From an uncultured Nitrosopumilales archaeon (lineage in GTDB: Archaea > Thermoproteota > Nitrososphaeria > Nitrososphaerales > Gagatemarchaeaceae), in assembly GCA_964513805.1 (NCBI GenBank), contig CAZENV010000054.1, positions 1 to 32,000 on the forward strand: 32,000 nt of DNA. The letters run 5' to 3'. Shown here piece after piece: positions 23,303 through 30,796 of this stretch (within the stretch, counting starts at the first letter, position 1; each line of letters opens with the position of its first letter). The notes under the pieces were generated by a model. The model saw only the letters and a list, made by a program, of their open reading frames with translations, ran no database searches and had not been told where the DNA came from. The position numbers and the translations under genes are program-made.

Positions 23303-23361
23303 GGCAGCACAACCCTAGAGTTTCCATAGCCTTCCTCGTTAACCATCAAACAGAGCCAGCC

Positions 23362-23661
23362 CTAGCGACGTTGGGCTCTGCTTTTCTTATCGTCTTCGCC
23401 GTTATACCTTGGACCTTTGTGGGCGTGCAGCACCACGGAGCTGACGGTGCTCTTTACTCCCTGTATCTTCATGATCCTGTTCTTCAGGACGTCCCTGAAC
23501 TCGTCGATGTCCTCGGCCGAGACCAGGGAGACGATGTCGAATTCGCCGGTGACCTCGTACATCTCTTCGAGGTTAGGCAGGTCCTTGAGGGCTGCCACGA
23601 CTTCGTCCATCAGGGGCGATTCTACGAATATGTCCACGAAGGCTAAGAGTCGAGGCAACAA
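23362..23661 (-). CDS. Stand-alone RAM (Lrp/AsnC ligand-binding) domain protein, no HTH
   Basis: LAFVDIFVESPLMDEVVAALKDLPNLEEMYEVTGEFDIVSLVSAEDIDEFRDVLKNRIMKIQGVKSTVSSVVL is the AsnC-type beta-alpha-beta-beta-alpha-beta RAM pattern. Only 99 aa, with TTG/GTG start options near 23661. A basic tail follows (GEDDKKSRAQRR). Confidence 0.7.
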   Translation of the reverse strand: MLPRLLAFVDIFVESPLMDEVVAALKDLPNLEEMYEVTGEFDIVSLVSAEDIDEFRDVLKNRIMKIQGVKSTVSSVVLHAHKGPRYNGEDDKKSRAQRR

Positions 23662-23841
23662 GTTTCATCTCGGCTTGCGTCAGCGTCGAAATCCCTTATT
23701 TACGCGTGTCGGCAATTGTCGCAACTTGTGGGCTGGGAGTTCCCTGCCCTTGTCTTGCGCCCCCAGAAGCAGCCCCGGGCGGGTCCTGGGGGGAGGAAGG
23801 TCCCAGAAGACAAGACGGCGAAGCAGACCCTGCGACCCGGC

Positions 23842-24249
23842 CTAGTCCCTACCTTCGAAGTGGGTCCGGAGCTGTGCCCAGTAGTACTCTTTCCAGCCCT
23901 GCGCATAATCGCCCTTTTGCCCGGTTGGAACCTTCGAGTGCACCATCTTCAGTTGCGTGCCCCTTTTCGTCCCTGTCAGCGTAATCTCGAGCTTCGACGG
24001 CGGATAGCCCCTGGGCCACTCGGTGGTTGACCATTCCTGGACGATCTTCCTCCCCCTGACCAGCTCCAAGTTCTTTCCGAAGATGTACCCATCCCAGGCG
24101 GTGAACTTCCCGCCGACCCTTGCACTCATTCTTGCTGGCGATCCGGTGATTGCGGCATGGTTCTTGGAGTCCATCAGGGCGTCGTACACCTTGTCGGGCG
24201 CCGCCGCTATGGTAACCGACTGCGTGATTGTGGAAAGTTTCAGAGGCAA
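23842..24249 (-). CDS. SRPBCC superfamily protein (Aha1/BPI-like START fold)
   Basis: ITQSVTIAAAPDKVYDALMDSKNHAAITGSPARMSARVGGKFTAWDGYIFGKNLELVRGRKIVQEW..LEITL matches the AHSA1/SRPBCC pattern. TTG start. Confidence 0.8.
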   Translation of the reverse strand: MPLKLSTITQSVTIAAAPDKVYDALMDSKNHAAITGSPARMSARVGGKFTAWDGYIFGKNLELVRGRKIVQEWSTTEWPRGYPPSKLEITLTGTKRGTQLKMVHSKVPTGQKGDYAQGWKEYYWAQLRTHFEGRD

Positions 24250-24301
24250 AATCGGTTCTGCCCGTCCGCTTTGCGCTGGAGTCTGTTATTTACCCGTTTG
24301 G

Positions 24302-24760
24302 CTAGTCATGACGAGCCTTCGGAAGTCTGCTCAGGAAGATCAAGAGGCCCGCCAGAGCCGCCTCCCAGCCTTCAATGGCTCCGGGTATCATCTCTTGGGA
24401 AGCCTGGGCGTGGGTCACTACAACCTCAGTCTGAGCGACGAGGTCCTTGAATTCAACGGTGATTGTGCTCGCCTTGGGCCCGATGTCGGGGAATCGCCAG
24501 GTGTAGACCAGCTTCTGGGGCGGTTCCACTGCCAAGAACTCGCCTGCGACCGTGACCGCTCCTCCGCCAAGCGGTTCGTTGACCAGGGAGAACTTGCCGC
24601 CAACCCTCAGGTCGACTTCTGCGGACTGAGTCTTCCACCCTTCACCTATGCTCCACCATTTCTTCAATTCCGCTGGGCGCGTCCAGGCCCGGAAGACCCT
24701 TTCCCTCGGCGCGGGCACCACCCTTGCGACTGTGAAGGTCCGGTCAGGATTCTCTTCCAT
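24302..24760 (-). CDS. SRPBCC superfamily protein (Aha1-domain), second copy
   Basis: MEENPDRTFTVARVVPAPRERVFRAWTRPAELKKWWSIGEGWKTQSAEVDLRVGGKFSLV...LVYTWRF..TITVEF. The internal ATG 24760 is chosen. The track ORF extends to 24865, adding a non-conserved-looking Arg/Ser-rich leader. Confidence 0.75.
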   Translation of the reverse strand: MEENPDRTFTVARVVPAPRERVFRAWTRPAELKKWWSIGEGWKTQSAEVDLRVGGKFSLVNEPLGGGAVTVAGEFLAVEPPQKLVYTWRFPDIGPKASTITVEFKDLVAQTEVVVTHAQASQEMIPGAIEGWEAALAGLLIFLSRLPKARHD

Positions 24761-24936
24761 CAGCTCTTCCCTTCCCAGAGACCTTGAAGAATCCTGCGAA
24801 TCCGGCCTTCCATCCATGAGGTCTCGACGGCAGGGCGGGCGGCTGGCAGCGTATCCGAAGACCACCCGCGAATCTCGGAAGTGAAAAACAGTGCCGCTGA
24901 GGATGCCATTCTCAAAATTGGAAAACGCATCCTGGC

Positions 24937-24960
24937 TTTATTAGAATATTAGAATAAATG
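24937..24960 (+). promoter_or_regulatory. AT-rich promoter of the dsrE-tusA-sqr-arsR operon, containing a tandem ATTAGAAT repeat
   Basis: TTTATTAGAATATTAGAATAAATG: ATTAGAAT occurs twice in tandem (24940-24947, 24948-24955), 23-38 nt upstream of TTG 24978. This is by far the most AT-rich stretch in the neighbourhood. Confidence 0.45.
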
Positions 24961-24977
24961 ATTGACGTGAGAATGAA

Positions 24978-25478
24978 TTGGCTCAAGTTACGGCTCTGAA
25001 GACGGAAGAGAAAGAGGAACAGACATCCAGGCTACTCGTCATTTTGTCGAAGGGAACCCTGGACATGGTCTACCCGGCGCTCATGATAGCGACGACGGGT
25101 GCAACGATGGGAAAGGAGGTCCATATGTTCTTCACATTCTGGGGGATGAACGCGGTCAACAGCAAGACCGTTGGCTCCCTGAAGGTCGCACCTGTGGGGA
25201 ACCCGGGGCTGCCCATGCCCAACATACTCGGGATGATCCCCGGCATGACAGCCATGGCCACAGGCATGATGAAGGGGAAGATCCAGAAGGCGAAGCTGCC
25301 GGGCATACCGGAGATGCTCAAGACCGCCAAGGAGCTGGGCGTCAAGCTCCACGCCTGCTCGACCACCATGGACGTGATGGGCATCAAGAAGGAGATGCTG
25401 GTCCCTGAAGTGGACGACGTGGTCGGCGCGGCGACCATGCTCGGGCTCGGCGAGGGCGGCCAGATCATCTTCATCTAG
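24978..25478 (+). CDS. DsrE/DsrF-like sulfur-relay family protein (COG2210-type)
   Basis: SRLLVILSKGTLDMVYPALMIATTGATMGKEVHMFFTFWGMNAV...AKELGVKLHACSTTMDVMG matches the DsrE-like fold pattern with its conserved Cys. The TTG start is required to include the first beta-strand. Confidence 0.8.
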   Translation: MAQVTALKTEEKEEQTSRLLVILSKGTLDMVYPALMIATTGATMGKEVHMFFTFWGMNAVNSKTVGSLKVAPVGNPGLPMPNILGMIPGMTAMATGMMKGKIQKAKLPGIPEMLKTAKELGVKLHACSTTMDVMGIKKEMLVPEVDDVVGAATMLGLGEGGQIIFI

Positions 25479-25488
25479 GTGAGGGGCA

Positions 25489-25737
25489 GTGTCAGCGATA
25501 GAACAGAAGAAAGTCATCGATTCCCGCGGCAGCTTCTGCCCCGGGCCCATCACAGACCTGTTCAAGGCCTACAGGCAGGCGAACCTCGGCGACGTGATCG
25601 AACTCCTCGCAACCGACCCCGCTGCCAAGAGCGACGTGGCCGCCTGGGCGAAGAAGAGCGGGAACGAGGTGCTCGGCATCGTCGAGGAGCAAGGCTACAT
25701 CCGAATCGACATCAAGATCACCAAGAAGGGCAGGTGA
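25489..25737 (+). CDS. tusA: TusA/SirA-like sulfurtransferase
   Basis: IDSRGSFCPGPITDLFKAY...GDVIELLATDPAAKSDVAAWAKKSGNEVLGI contains the TusA C-P-x-P active-site motif (Cys17) and fold pattern. GTG start with SD AGGTGAGGGG 6 nt upstream. Confidence 0.85.
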   Translation: MSAIEQKKVIDSRGSFCPGPITDLFKAYRQANLGDVIELLATDPAAKSDVAAWAKKSGNEVLGIVEEQGYIRIDIKITKKGR

Positions 25738-25745
25738 GGGGGGCC

Positions 25746-26984
25746 ATGACGCGAGTGGTCGTCATAGGTTCTGGCGACGGGGGAACATTCACCGCGAATC
25801 TCCTGGCGTCGGCCCTGCGTCGCGAGATTCGACAGGGGACCGTCTCTGTCGAGCTCCTTGGCGAGCACCTTCACCATCCGTTCCAGCCCGCGAACCTGGA
25901 CATCGCCTTCAAAGGGGCCAACCCAGACAAGTTCGTGAGGGAAGAAGACGGTCTTCTCCGAGAAGGGGTCAAGTTCGCAAAGGACCCGGCGACCAGGATA
26001 GACCTCGATGAACAGTCCGTCGCCACAAAGAGCGGCAGACGGATCAACTACGACTATCTGGTCATAGCCACTGGTGCGGTTGCCGACCCATCCAAGGTGC
26101 CAGGGCTGGCAGAAGGTTCTCTGAACTTCCACACCGGCCCCGAGGATTCCAGGCGAGTCTGGGAAGCGTTGCAATCGTTCAAAGGCGGGAAGGTGGTCGT
26201 AGCCATAGCAGGCACGCCCCACCGGTGCCCGCCTTCTCCGAACGAAGCGGCGTTCATGCTGGACGAGTTCTTCCGGGAGAGGGGGATCAGGGACAAGGTG
26301 GAGCTCAGGTTTGTCACGCCATACCCCAGGGCTTACCCCGCCGAGAAGCTTTCCAAGGTCGTTGAGCCGCTGTTCGAGGAGAAAGGGATTGAAACGTCCA
26401 CCTTCTTCAACTTCGACTCCGTCGATCCCTCTCTGCATAGGATCTACTCCCTCGAGGGAGAGTCGCTCGACTACGACCTGCTGATTGCCGTTCCCCCCCA
26501 CCACGGCGCCGACGTCATTCTGAACTCAGGGATAGGCGACGCGGACGGCTGGATTCCAGTGGATAAAGACACGATGCGAATGAAGGACCACGGCAACGTC
26601 TTCGCCATCGGAGACGCGACTGCGATTCCTGTCTCCAAGTCGGGGGTGGTGGCGCACCTTCAGTCGGTGGTCGTCGCCCACAACATGGTCTCTGAGATAA
26701 GAGGGTCGGCAGATTTTGTCGGCTACAACGGAAGGATAAACTGCCCGATGGAGGTAGGCTCACGACGAGCGATCTTCGTTTCCGCGACGTACACGTCTCC
26801 GCCGGAGGACCAGACGCCCTCGCTGGTAAAGTACTACGAGAAGAGGTCGTTCGGCCTGATCTACTGGCGAGCCCTCAACGGGAGCCTCGAGCGGATATTC
26901 GACCTCTTCTTCGGCCAGACAAGGTTCCCGCTCAAGGAAGCTGCGGAGCCCGAGAAGGTCCCCGTCGCAGCCAAGACGTCATAG
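25746..26984 (+). CDS. FAD-dependent pyridine nucleotide-disulfide oxidoreductase, sulfide:quinone oxidoreductase-like
   Basis: MTRVVVIGSGDGGTFTAN is the dinucleotide-binding GxGxxG motif. Also YLVIATG and NVFAIGDAT are present. Two Cys (HRCPPSPNE and RINCPMEVG) sit at positions comparable to the redox Cys pair of SQRs. SD AGGTGAGGGG lies 8 nt upstream of ATG 25746. The track ORF's upstream extension overlaps tusA. Confidence 0.75.
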   Translation: MTRVVVIGSGDGGTFTANLLASALRREIRQGTVSVELLGEHLHHPFQPANLDIAFKGANPDKFVREEDGLLREGVKFAKDPATRIDLDEQSVATKSGRRINYDYLVIATGAVADPSKVPGLAEGSLNFHTGPEDSRRVWEALQSFKGGKVVVAIAGTPHRCPPSPNEAAFMLDEFFRERGIRDKVELRFVTPYPRAYPAEKLSKVVEPLFEEKGIETSTFFNFDSVDPSLHRIYSLEGESLDYDLLIAVPPHHGADVILNSGIGDADGWIPVDKDTMRMKDHGNVFAIGDATAIPVSKSGVVAHLQSVVVAHNMVSEIRGSADFVGYNGRINCPMEVGSRRAIFVSATYTSPPEDQTPSLVKYYEKRSFGLIYWRALNGSLERIFDLFFGQTRFPLKEAAEPEKVPVAAKTS

Positions 26985-26987
26985 AGT

Positions 26988-27344
26988 GTGGTGGGCACAA
27001 CGCCGAACCAGGCGCGGGCAAAGGCAGAAGAGGAGCTCTTCGAGTTGCAAGCCGAGTTCTGCAAAGGAATGGCCCACCCGAAGAGAATCTACATCCTCAA
27101 CCTGCTGAAGGATGGCGAGAAGACCGTCAACGTGCTGGCGAGACTGACCGGGATACCCCAGGCCAACGTATCGCAGCACCTGGGCGTCCTGAGGCAGCTC
27201 GGCATAGTGGAGACACGCCGTAACGGCTCCAGCATCTACTACAGCATCGGCGACCACAGGGTTGTCGAGGCCTGCGAGCTCGTCAGAGGGTTGATTGGCG
27301 AGAGGCTGCGGAAGTCTCGAGCGGTGCTCGAGGTAACCGCCTAG
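26988..27344 (+). CDS. ArsR/SmtB-family transcriptional regulator (BigR-like HTH region, two Cys)
   Basis: FCKGMAHPKRIYILNLLKDGEKTVNVLARLTGIPQANVSQHLGVLRQLGIVETRRNGSSIYYSI is the canonical ArsR wHTH. Cys25 and Cys96 are present. Confidence 0.85.
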   Translation: MVGTTPNQARAKAEEELFELQAEFCKGMAHPKRIYILNLLKDGEKTVNVLARLTGIPQANVSQHLGVLRQLGIVETRRNGSSIYYSIGDHRVVEACELVRGLIGERLRKSRAVLEVTA

Positions 27345-27562
27345 CGCTGTCTGACGCCTCCCCGGAGCCAGAGCCGGCCAGCAGGCAGCCGTGATGCAGG
27401 GCAAGGTGGACCGCGCGAGGAATGCGAGGCCAGGGGGCCAAAGCCGAACGAATTGGAAATTTCGTCGGGCAGGTCAGGATATCATCCGGATATGGTAGAA
27501 CTCGCTGGCGAAAACAGAGAAACGCAGCCGGACTCGCAAAAATACGTAATACCACCACCCTG

Positions 27563-29431
27563 ATGCCGTGGTCGGGTATTCTTCAACGCAGCGAAAAGGA
27601 GGGGCGGCTGGGCCTGTCTAGGATTTCATCGGGCATCAACAGAATCATCCAGAGGAACTATCTTGCGAAGTGGACGGTCATCGGCCTGCTCATCGGCGCC
27701 ATCGCAGGGATTGGCGCGACGCTCTTCTATTTCCTGATTCAACTGATCACGAACACCATGCTCGGAGGGATAACCGGGTTCTTCCCTCCGACATCGGCCG
27801 GGGAGTCAGTCACAACCCCAGTCGTCAACCCAAACTTCTGGCTGGTGCCGCTGTCCACCGCCCTAGGTGGACTCGCGACCGGGCTGCTGGTCTACATGTT
27901 CGCCCCCGAGGCCGAAGGCCACGGCACCGACGAGGCCATCGCCGCCTTTCACCGGAAAGATGGCAAGATCAGACGGAGAATTCCCCTAGTGAAGGCCATA
28001 GCTTCGGCGTTCACCATCGGCTCCGGCGGGAGCGGAGGGAGAGAGGGACCCACAGCCCAGATAGCTGCCGGGTTCGGATCATTCATCGGGGACGCCCTGA
28101 AGCTGGCAGTGAAGGACAGGAGGATTGCAGTCGCGGTCGGGATCGGGGCGGGGATCGGCTCCATATTCAAATCACCTTTCGGAGGCGCAATGCTCAGCGG
28201 CGAAATCCTCTACAGCGGCGGGGACTTCGAGGTCGAAGCCCTGATACCAGCATTCATCGCGTCGCCCGTGGGCTACGTCATATTCGCTTCATTCACAAGC
28301 TTCACGCCGACCTTCGGGACCGCGGTGTCCTACGTCTTCACCCAGCCCGCCAACCTACTGCTTTACGCGCTGCTCGGGATCGTCTGCGGAATCGTGGGGC
28401 GCGCATACACCACGACGTTCTACGCCGTGAAGGGATACTTCTCCGGGCTGGGACTTCCGAAGTTCGCGAGGCCGGTGATAGGCCTGGCCATATCCGGGGT
28501 CATAGGCGTGTTCTTCCCCGAAGTGCTCGGCCTTGGCTACGGCTTCATCCAGTACCTGATAGATGGCAACTTGAACCTGATAGCGACCAACTTCTTCGCC
28601 GCTCCAATCCTCATCGTGCTGCTGGCAGTGGTGGTGCTCAAGATAGTCGCGACCTCGCTGACGGTGGGTTCTGGGGGCAGCGCCGGCGTGTTCGCGCCTT
28701 CGCTCGTCATAGGGGGCTTCGTCGGCGCCGCCTTCTGGGTGGCCCTGAATGCGATTCTGCCGGGCGTGATCGCAGTCCCTGCCCCCCTGGTCATCGTGGG
28801 GATGATGGCCCTGTTCGCCGGAGTGGGAAGGGTCCCGATCGCCGTCATCCTCATGGTCAGCGAGATGACCGGGACCCTGACGCTCCTCGCCCCGTCCATG
28901 GTGGCGGTGGTCATCTCCTACTTCGTTACAGGGCCAAAGTACACAATCTACCGGAGCCAAGTGGCCAAGCGGTCGGATTCCCCAGCTCACAGAGGCGAGT
29001 ACAACGTCCCGCTCCTCACCAAGCTGTTCGTTTCCGATGCCATGAAGCACGAGGTGCTGACCATTGCTCCCGAAGGTACTGTGGCAAGCGCGTACAAGAC
29101 GATGCTGGACAAGGGATTCCGAGGTGTCCCGGTGGTGCAGGCTGAGAAAGCCGTAGGCATCGTCACCATGAGCGACCTGCTGAGGGTCCCGCGCGAGCAG
29201 ATGGACGCGACCCAGATCAAATCGGTGATGACACAGAACCTCCTGGTCGCGTATCCCGACGAATCGCTGCTCAACGCCCTGGACCGAATGATAAACCACG
29301 GCGTCGGACGTCTCCTCGTGGTCTCCAAGGACTCCGGAAGGCTAATGGGAGTCATCACGAGGACTGACGTCATCGTGGCCTACAACAGGGCAGTAGAGCT
29401 TTTGTCCAAGTCGGAGCCTACCCAAAGGTGA
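27563..29431 (+). CDS. ClC-family chloride channel / H+-Cl- exchanger with a C-terminal CBS pair
   Basis: ClC motifs are present: GSGGSGGREGP (GxEGP), GSAGVFAPSL (GxFxP), and the MVSEMTG region. The C-terminus carries two CBS repeats (VSDAMKHEVLTIAP... and VMTQNLLVAYPDESL...VVSKDSGRLMGVITRTDV). ATG 27563 is chosen (MPWSGILQR...), with an AAAATACGTAATA box about 20-27 nt upstream. The track ORF start at 27422 adds a basic non-membrane leader. Confidence 0.9.
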   Translation: MPWSGILQRSEKEGRLGLSRISSGINRIIQRNYLAKWTVIGLLIGAIAGIGATLFYFLIQLITNTMLGGITGFFPPTSAGESVTTPVVNPNFWLVPLSTALGGLATGLLVYMFAPEAEGHGTDEAIAAFHRKDGKIRRRIPLVKAIASAFTIGSGGSGGREGPTAQIAAGFGSFIGDALKLAVKDRRIAVAVGIGAGIGSIFKSPFGGAMLSGEILYSGGDFEVEALIPAFIASPVGYVIFASFTSFTPTFGTAVSYVFTQPANLLLYALLGIVCGIVGRAYTTTFYAVKGYFSGLGLPKFARPVIGLAISGVIGVFFPEVLGLGYGFIQYLIDGNLNLIATNFFAAPILIVLLAVVVLKIVATSLTVGSGGSAGVFAPSLVIGGFVGAAFWVALNAILPGVIAVPAPLVIVGMMALFAGVGRVPIAVILMVSEMTGTLTLLAPSMVAVVISYFVTGPKYTIYRSQVAKRSDSPAHRGEYNVPLLTKLFVSDAMKHEVLTIAPEGTVASAYKTMLDKGFRGVPVVQAEKAVGIVTMSDLLRVPREQMDATQIKSVMTQNLLVAYPDESLLNALDRMINHGVGRLLVVSKDSGRLMGVITRTDVIVAYNRAVELLSKSEPTQR

Positions 29432-29496
29432 GGTCTGATGCTTCCTGAGAGTCATGCTGTGCATAGGGAAGTAGGCGCAGAAGGGTCGGTGTCCTG

Positions 29497-30738
29497 ATGG
29501 CAGACGTCACGCTGATCTTCTCAATAGTCGCCGCCATCATAGCCGTCGGGTTTCTCGGAGAGCTGTTCTTCAAGAAGACGGGAGTCCCAGTCTTCGTCTT
29601 CCTGATCCTCATGGGCGTACTCATGGGGCCAGTGCTCAATGTTCTCCCAAGGGCGACCCTGCTGCCCTCTCTGGGAATCTTCGCCGAGCTCACGCTCCTG
29701 ATGATGCTGTTCTACGGTGGGATGGACACCAAGCTGGGGGCAGCAGCAAAGGGAGGAGGGAGGGCGTTTGTGCAGGTGGGCATGTACGTGGCGGGAAGCA
29801 CAGTCGCCATTGCGGTCGCCGCGATGGTGCTCCTGAGGTGGGATTTGATACCGTCATTCATCTTCGCCTCGATGATCGGAGGGGAAACCACTGCCGCAGT
29901 CGTCATACCGCTTTCCAGGTCTCTGAAGCTCCCGGACGTGACCGTGGCTTTCCTCACCTTTGAATCCGCGCTCAACTCGATCTTCTCCATCGTGCTCTTC
30001 TTCGCGTTCGTCGGCGTCTACGAGACCGGCACAGGAAGCTGGATGGTGACGCTGTCATCGCTCGCCGCCAACTTCTCGGTGGGGATCGTCCTCGGTGCCC
30101 TGTTCTCTGTCGCCTGGATTCTCGTCCTTCATAGCCTCCAGCAGCAGAAGTACACCTACGTGCTCACACTAGGCCTGGTGCTCGCGACCTACGTGGTCAG
30201 CGCGAGGCTCGGAGGAAGCGGCGAGCTGTCGGTCCTCATATTCGGGATCGTGCTGGGGAACTACTCGCTCGTCAACCGGCTCGCGAACTGGCACCTGAGC
30301 ATGGACGTCCTGCAGGAACGGCTGAGCGTGTTTCAGGAAGAGATCTCATTCCTGATGGCGACCCTCTTCTTCGTCTTCCTCGGCCTCACTTTCGAGATCA
30401 GCTCATCGCTGGTCTTCGCGAACCTCGCCGTGAGCATCCTCATCCTCTGCATCCTGATACTGTTCAGGACGGCGGCGACCTATGCTTCGACCCGGAAATC
30501 CGAGCTGAGCAAGGACAGGGGGCCGATAATCCTGATGTGCGCCCAGGGTCTGGTGCCGGCCACCTTGGCCATCATCGCCGTCGGCTACGGGATACCCCTC
30601 GCGAACTCGTTCCTGAACGTGGTGACCTACGTCATAATCCTGACGAACATAGTCGCCGCGTCCGGAGCAGTCTGGAGGATGCACGGGCACAGAAACGGCC
30701 CTGAGCAGGCGCTGGCGGAAGCCGACACCACATACTGA
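29497..30738 (+). CDS. Cation:proton antiporter (CPA1, NhaP-type Na+/H+ exchanger)
   Basis: 413-aa polytopic protein. FLGELFFKKTGVPVFVFLILMGVLMGP, FAELTLLMMLFYGGMD and FESALNS match the CPA1 pattern. Confidence 0.85.
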   Translation: MADVTLIFSIVAAIIAVGFLGELFFKKTGVPVFVFLILMGVLMGPVLNVLPRATLLPSLGIFAELTLLMMLFYGGMDTKLGAAAKGGGRAFVQVGMYVAGSTVAIAVAAMVLLRWDLIPSFIFASMIGGETTAAVVIPLSRSLKLPDVTVAFLTFESALNSIFSIVLFFAFVGVYETGTGSWMVTLSSLAANFSVGIVLGALFSVAWILVLHSLQQQKYTYVLTLGLVLATYVVSARLGGSGELSVLIFGIVLGNYSLVNRLANWHLSMDVLQERLSVFQEEISFLMATLFFVFLGLTFEISSSLVFANLAVSILILCILILFRTAATYASTRKSELSKDRGPIILMCAQGLVPATLAIIAVGYGIPLANSFLNVVTYVIILTNIVAASGAVWRMHGHRNGPEQALAEADTTY

Positions 30739-30769
30739 CCATGCCGACGACCTGGGTCGCCGTGGGCGC

Positions 30770-30788
30770 CCGAACCTCCAGGGTTCGG
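30770..30788 (+). terminator. Hairpin after the antiporter gene (CCGAACC-tccag-GGTTCGG), possible terminator
   Basis: 7-bp perfect stem, 5-nt loop, 32 nt after the stop. A T5 run follows at 30800-30804, inside the next ORF. Archaeal termination normally needs only oligo-T, so the role is uncertain. Confidence 0.3.
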
Positions 30789-30796
30789 CCCCTGGA

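Noticed and set aside
23303-23347. 15-codon ORF (MVNEEGYGNSRVVLP) whose stop overlaps the kdpA ATG (ATGA); considered as kdpF.
   Set aside because: KdpF is a single hydrophobic TM peptide, whereas this peptide is polar or charged. It is possibly a coupling uORF, but there is no evidence for that.
25479-25745. Upstream extension of the SQR-like ORF (track start 25479) and, likewise, of the ClC ORF (track start 27422).
   Set aside because: The 25479 extension overlaps tusA in another frame and is Arg-rich. The Rossmann GxGxxG motif starts right after ATG 25746, which has a strong SD. For ClC, the extension is a basic non-membrane leader lying in the promoter region, and ATG 27563 fits the TATA spacing.
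27345-27562. Fluoride or other riboswitch upstream of the ClC gene; preQ1 riboswitch upstream of queD.
   Set aside because: I recognised no conserved riboswitch core sequences. The ClC gene appears leaderless, leaving no room for a 5' UTR aptamer. The GGATAT-n5-GGATAT direct repeat at about 27475-27492 is noted, but it is too short to interpret.
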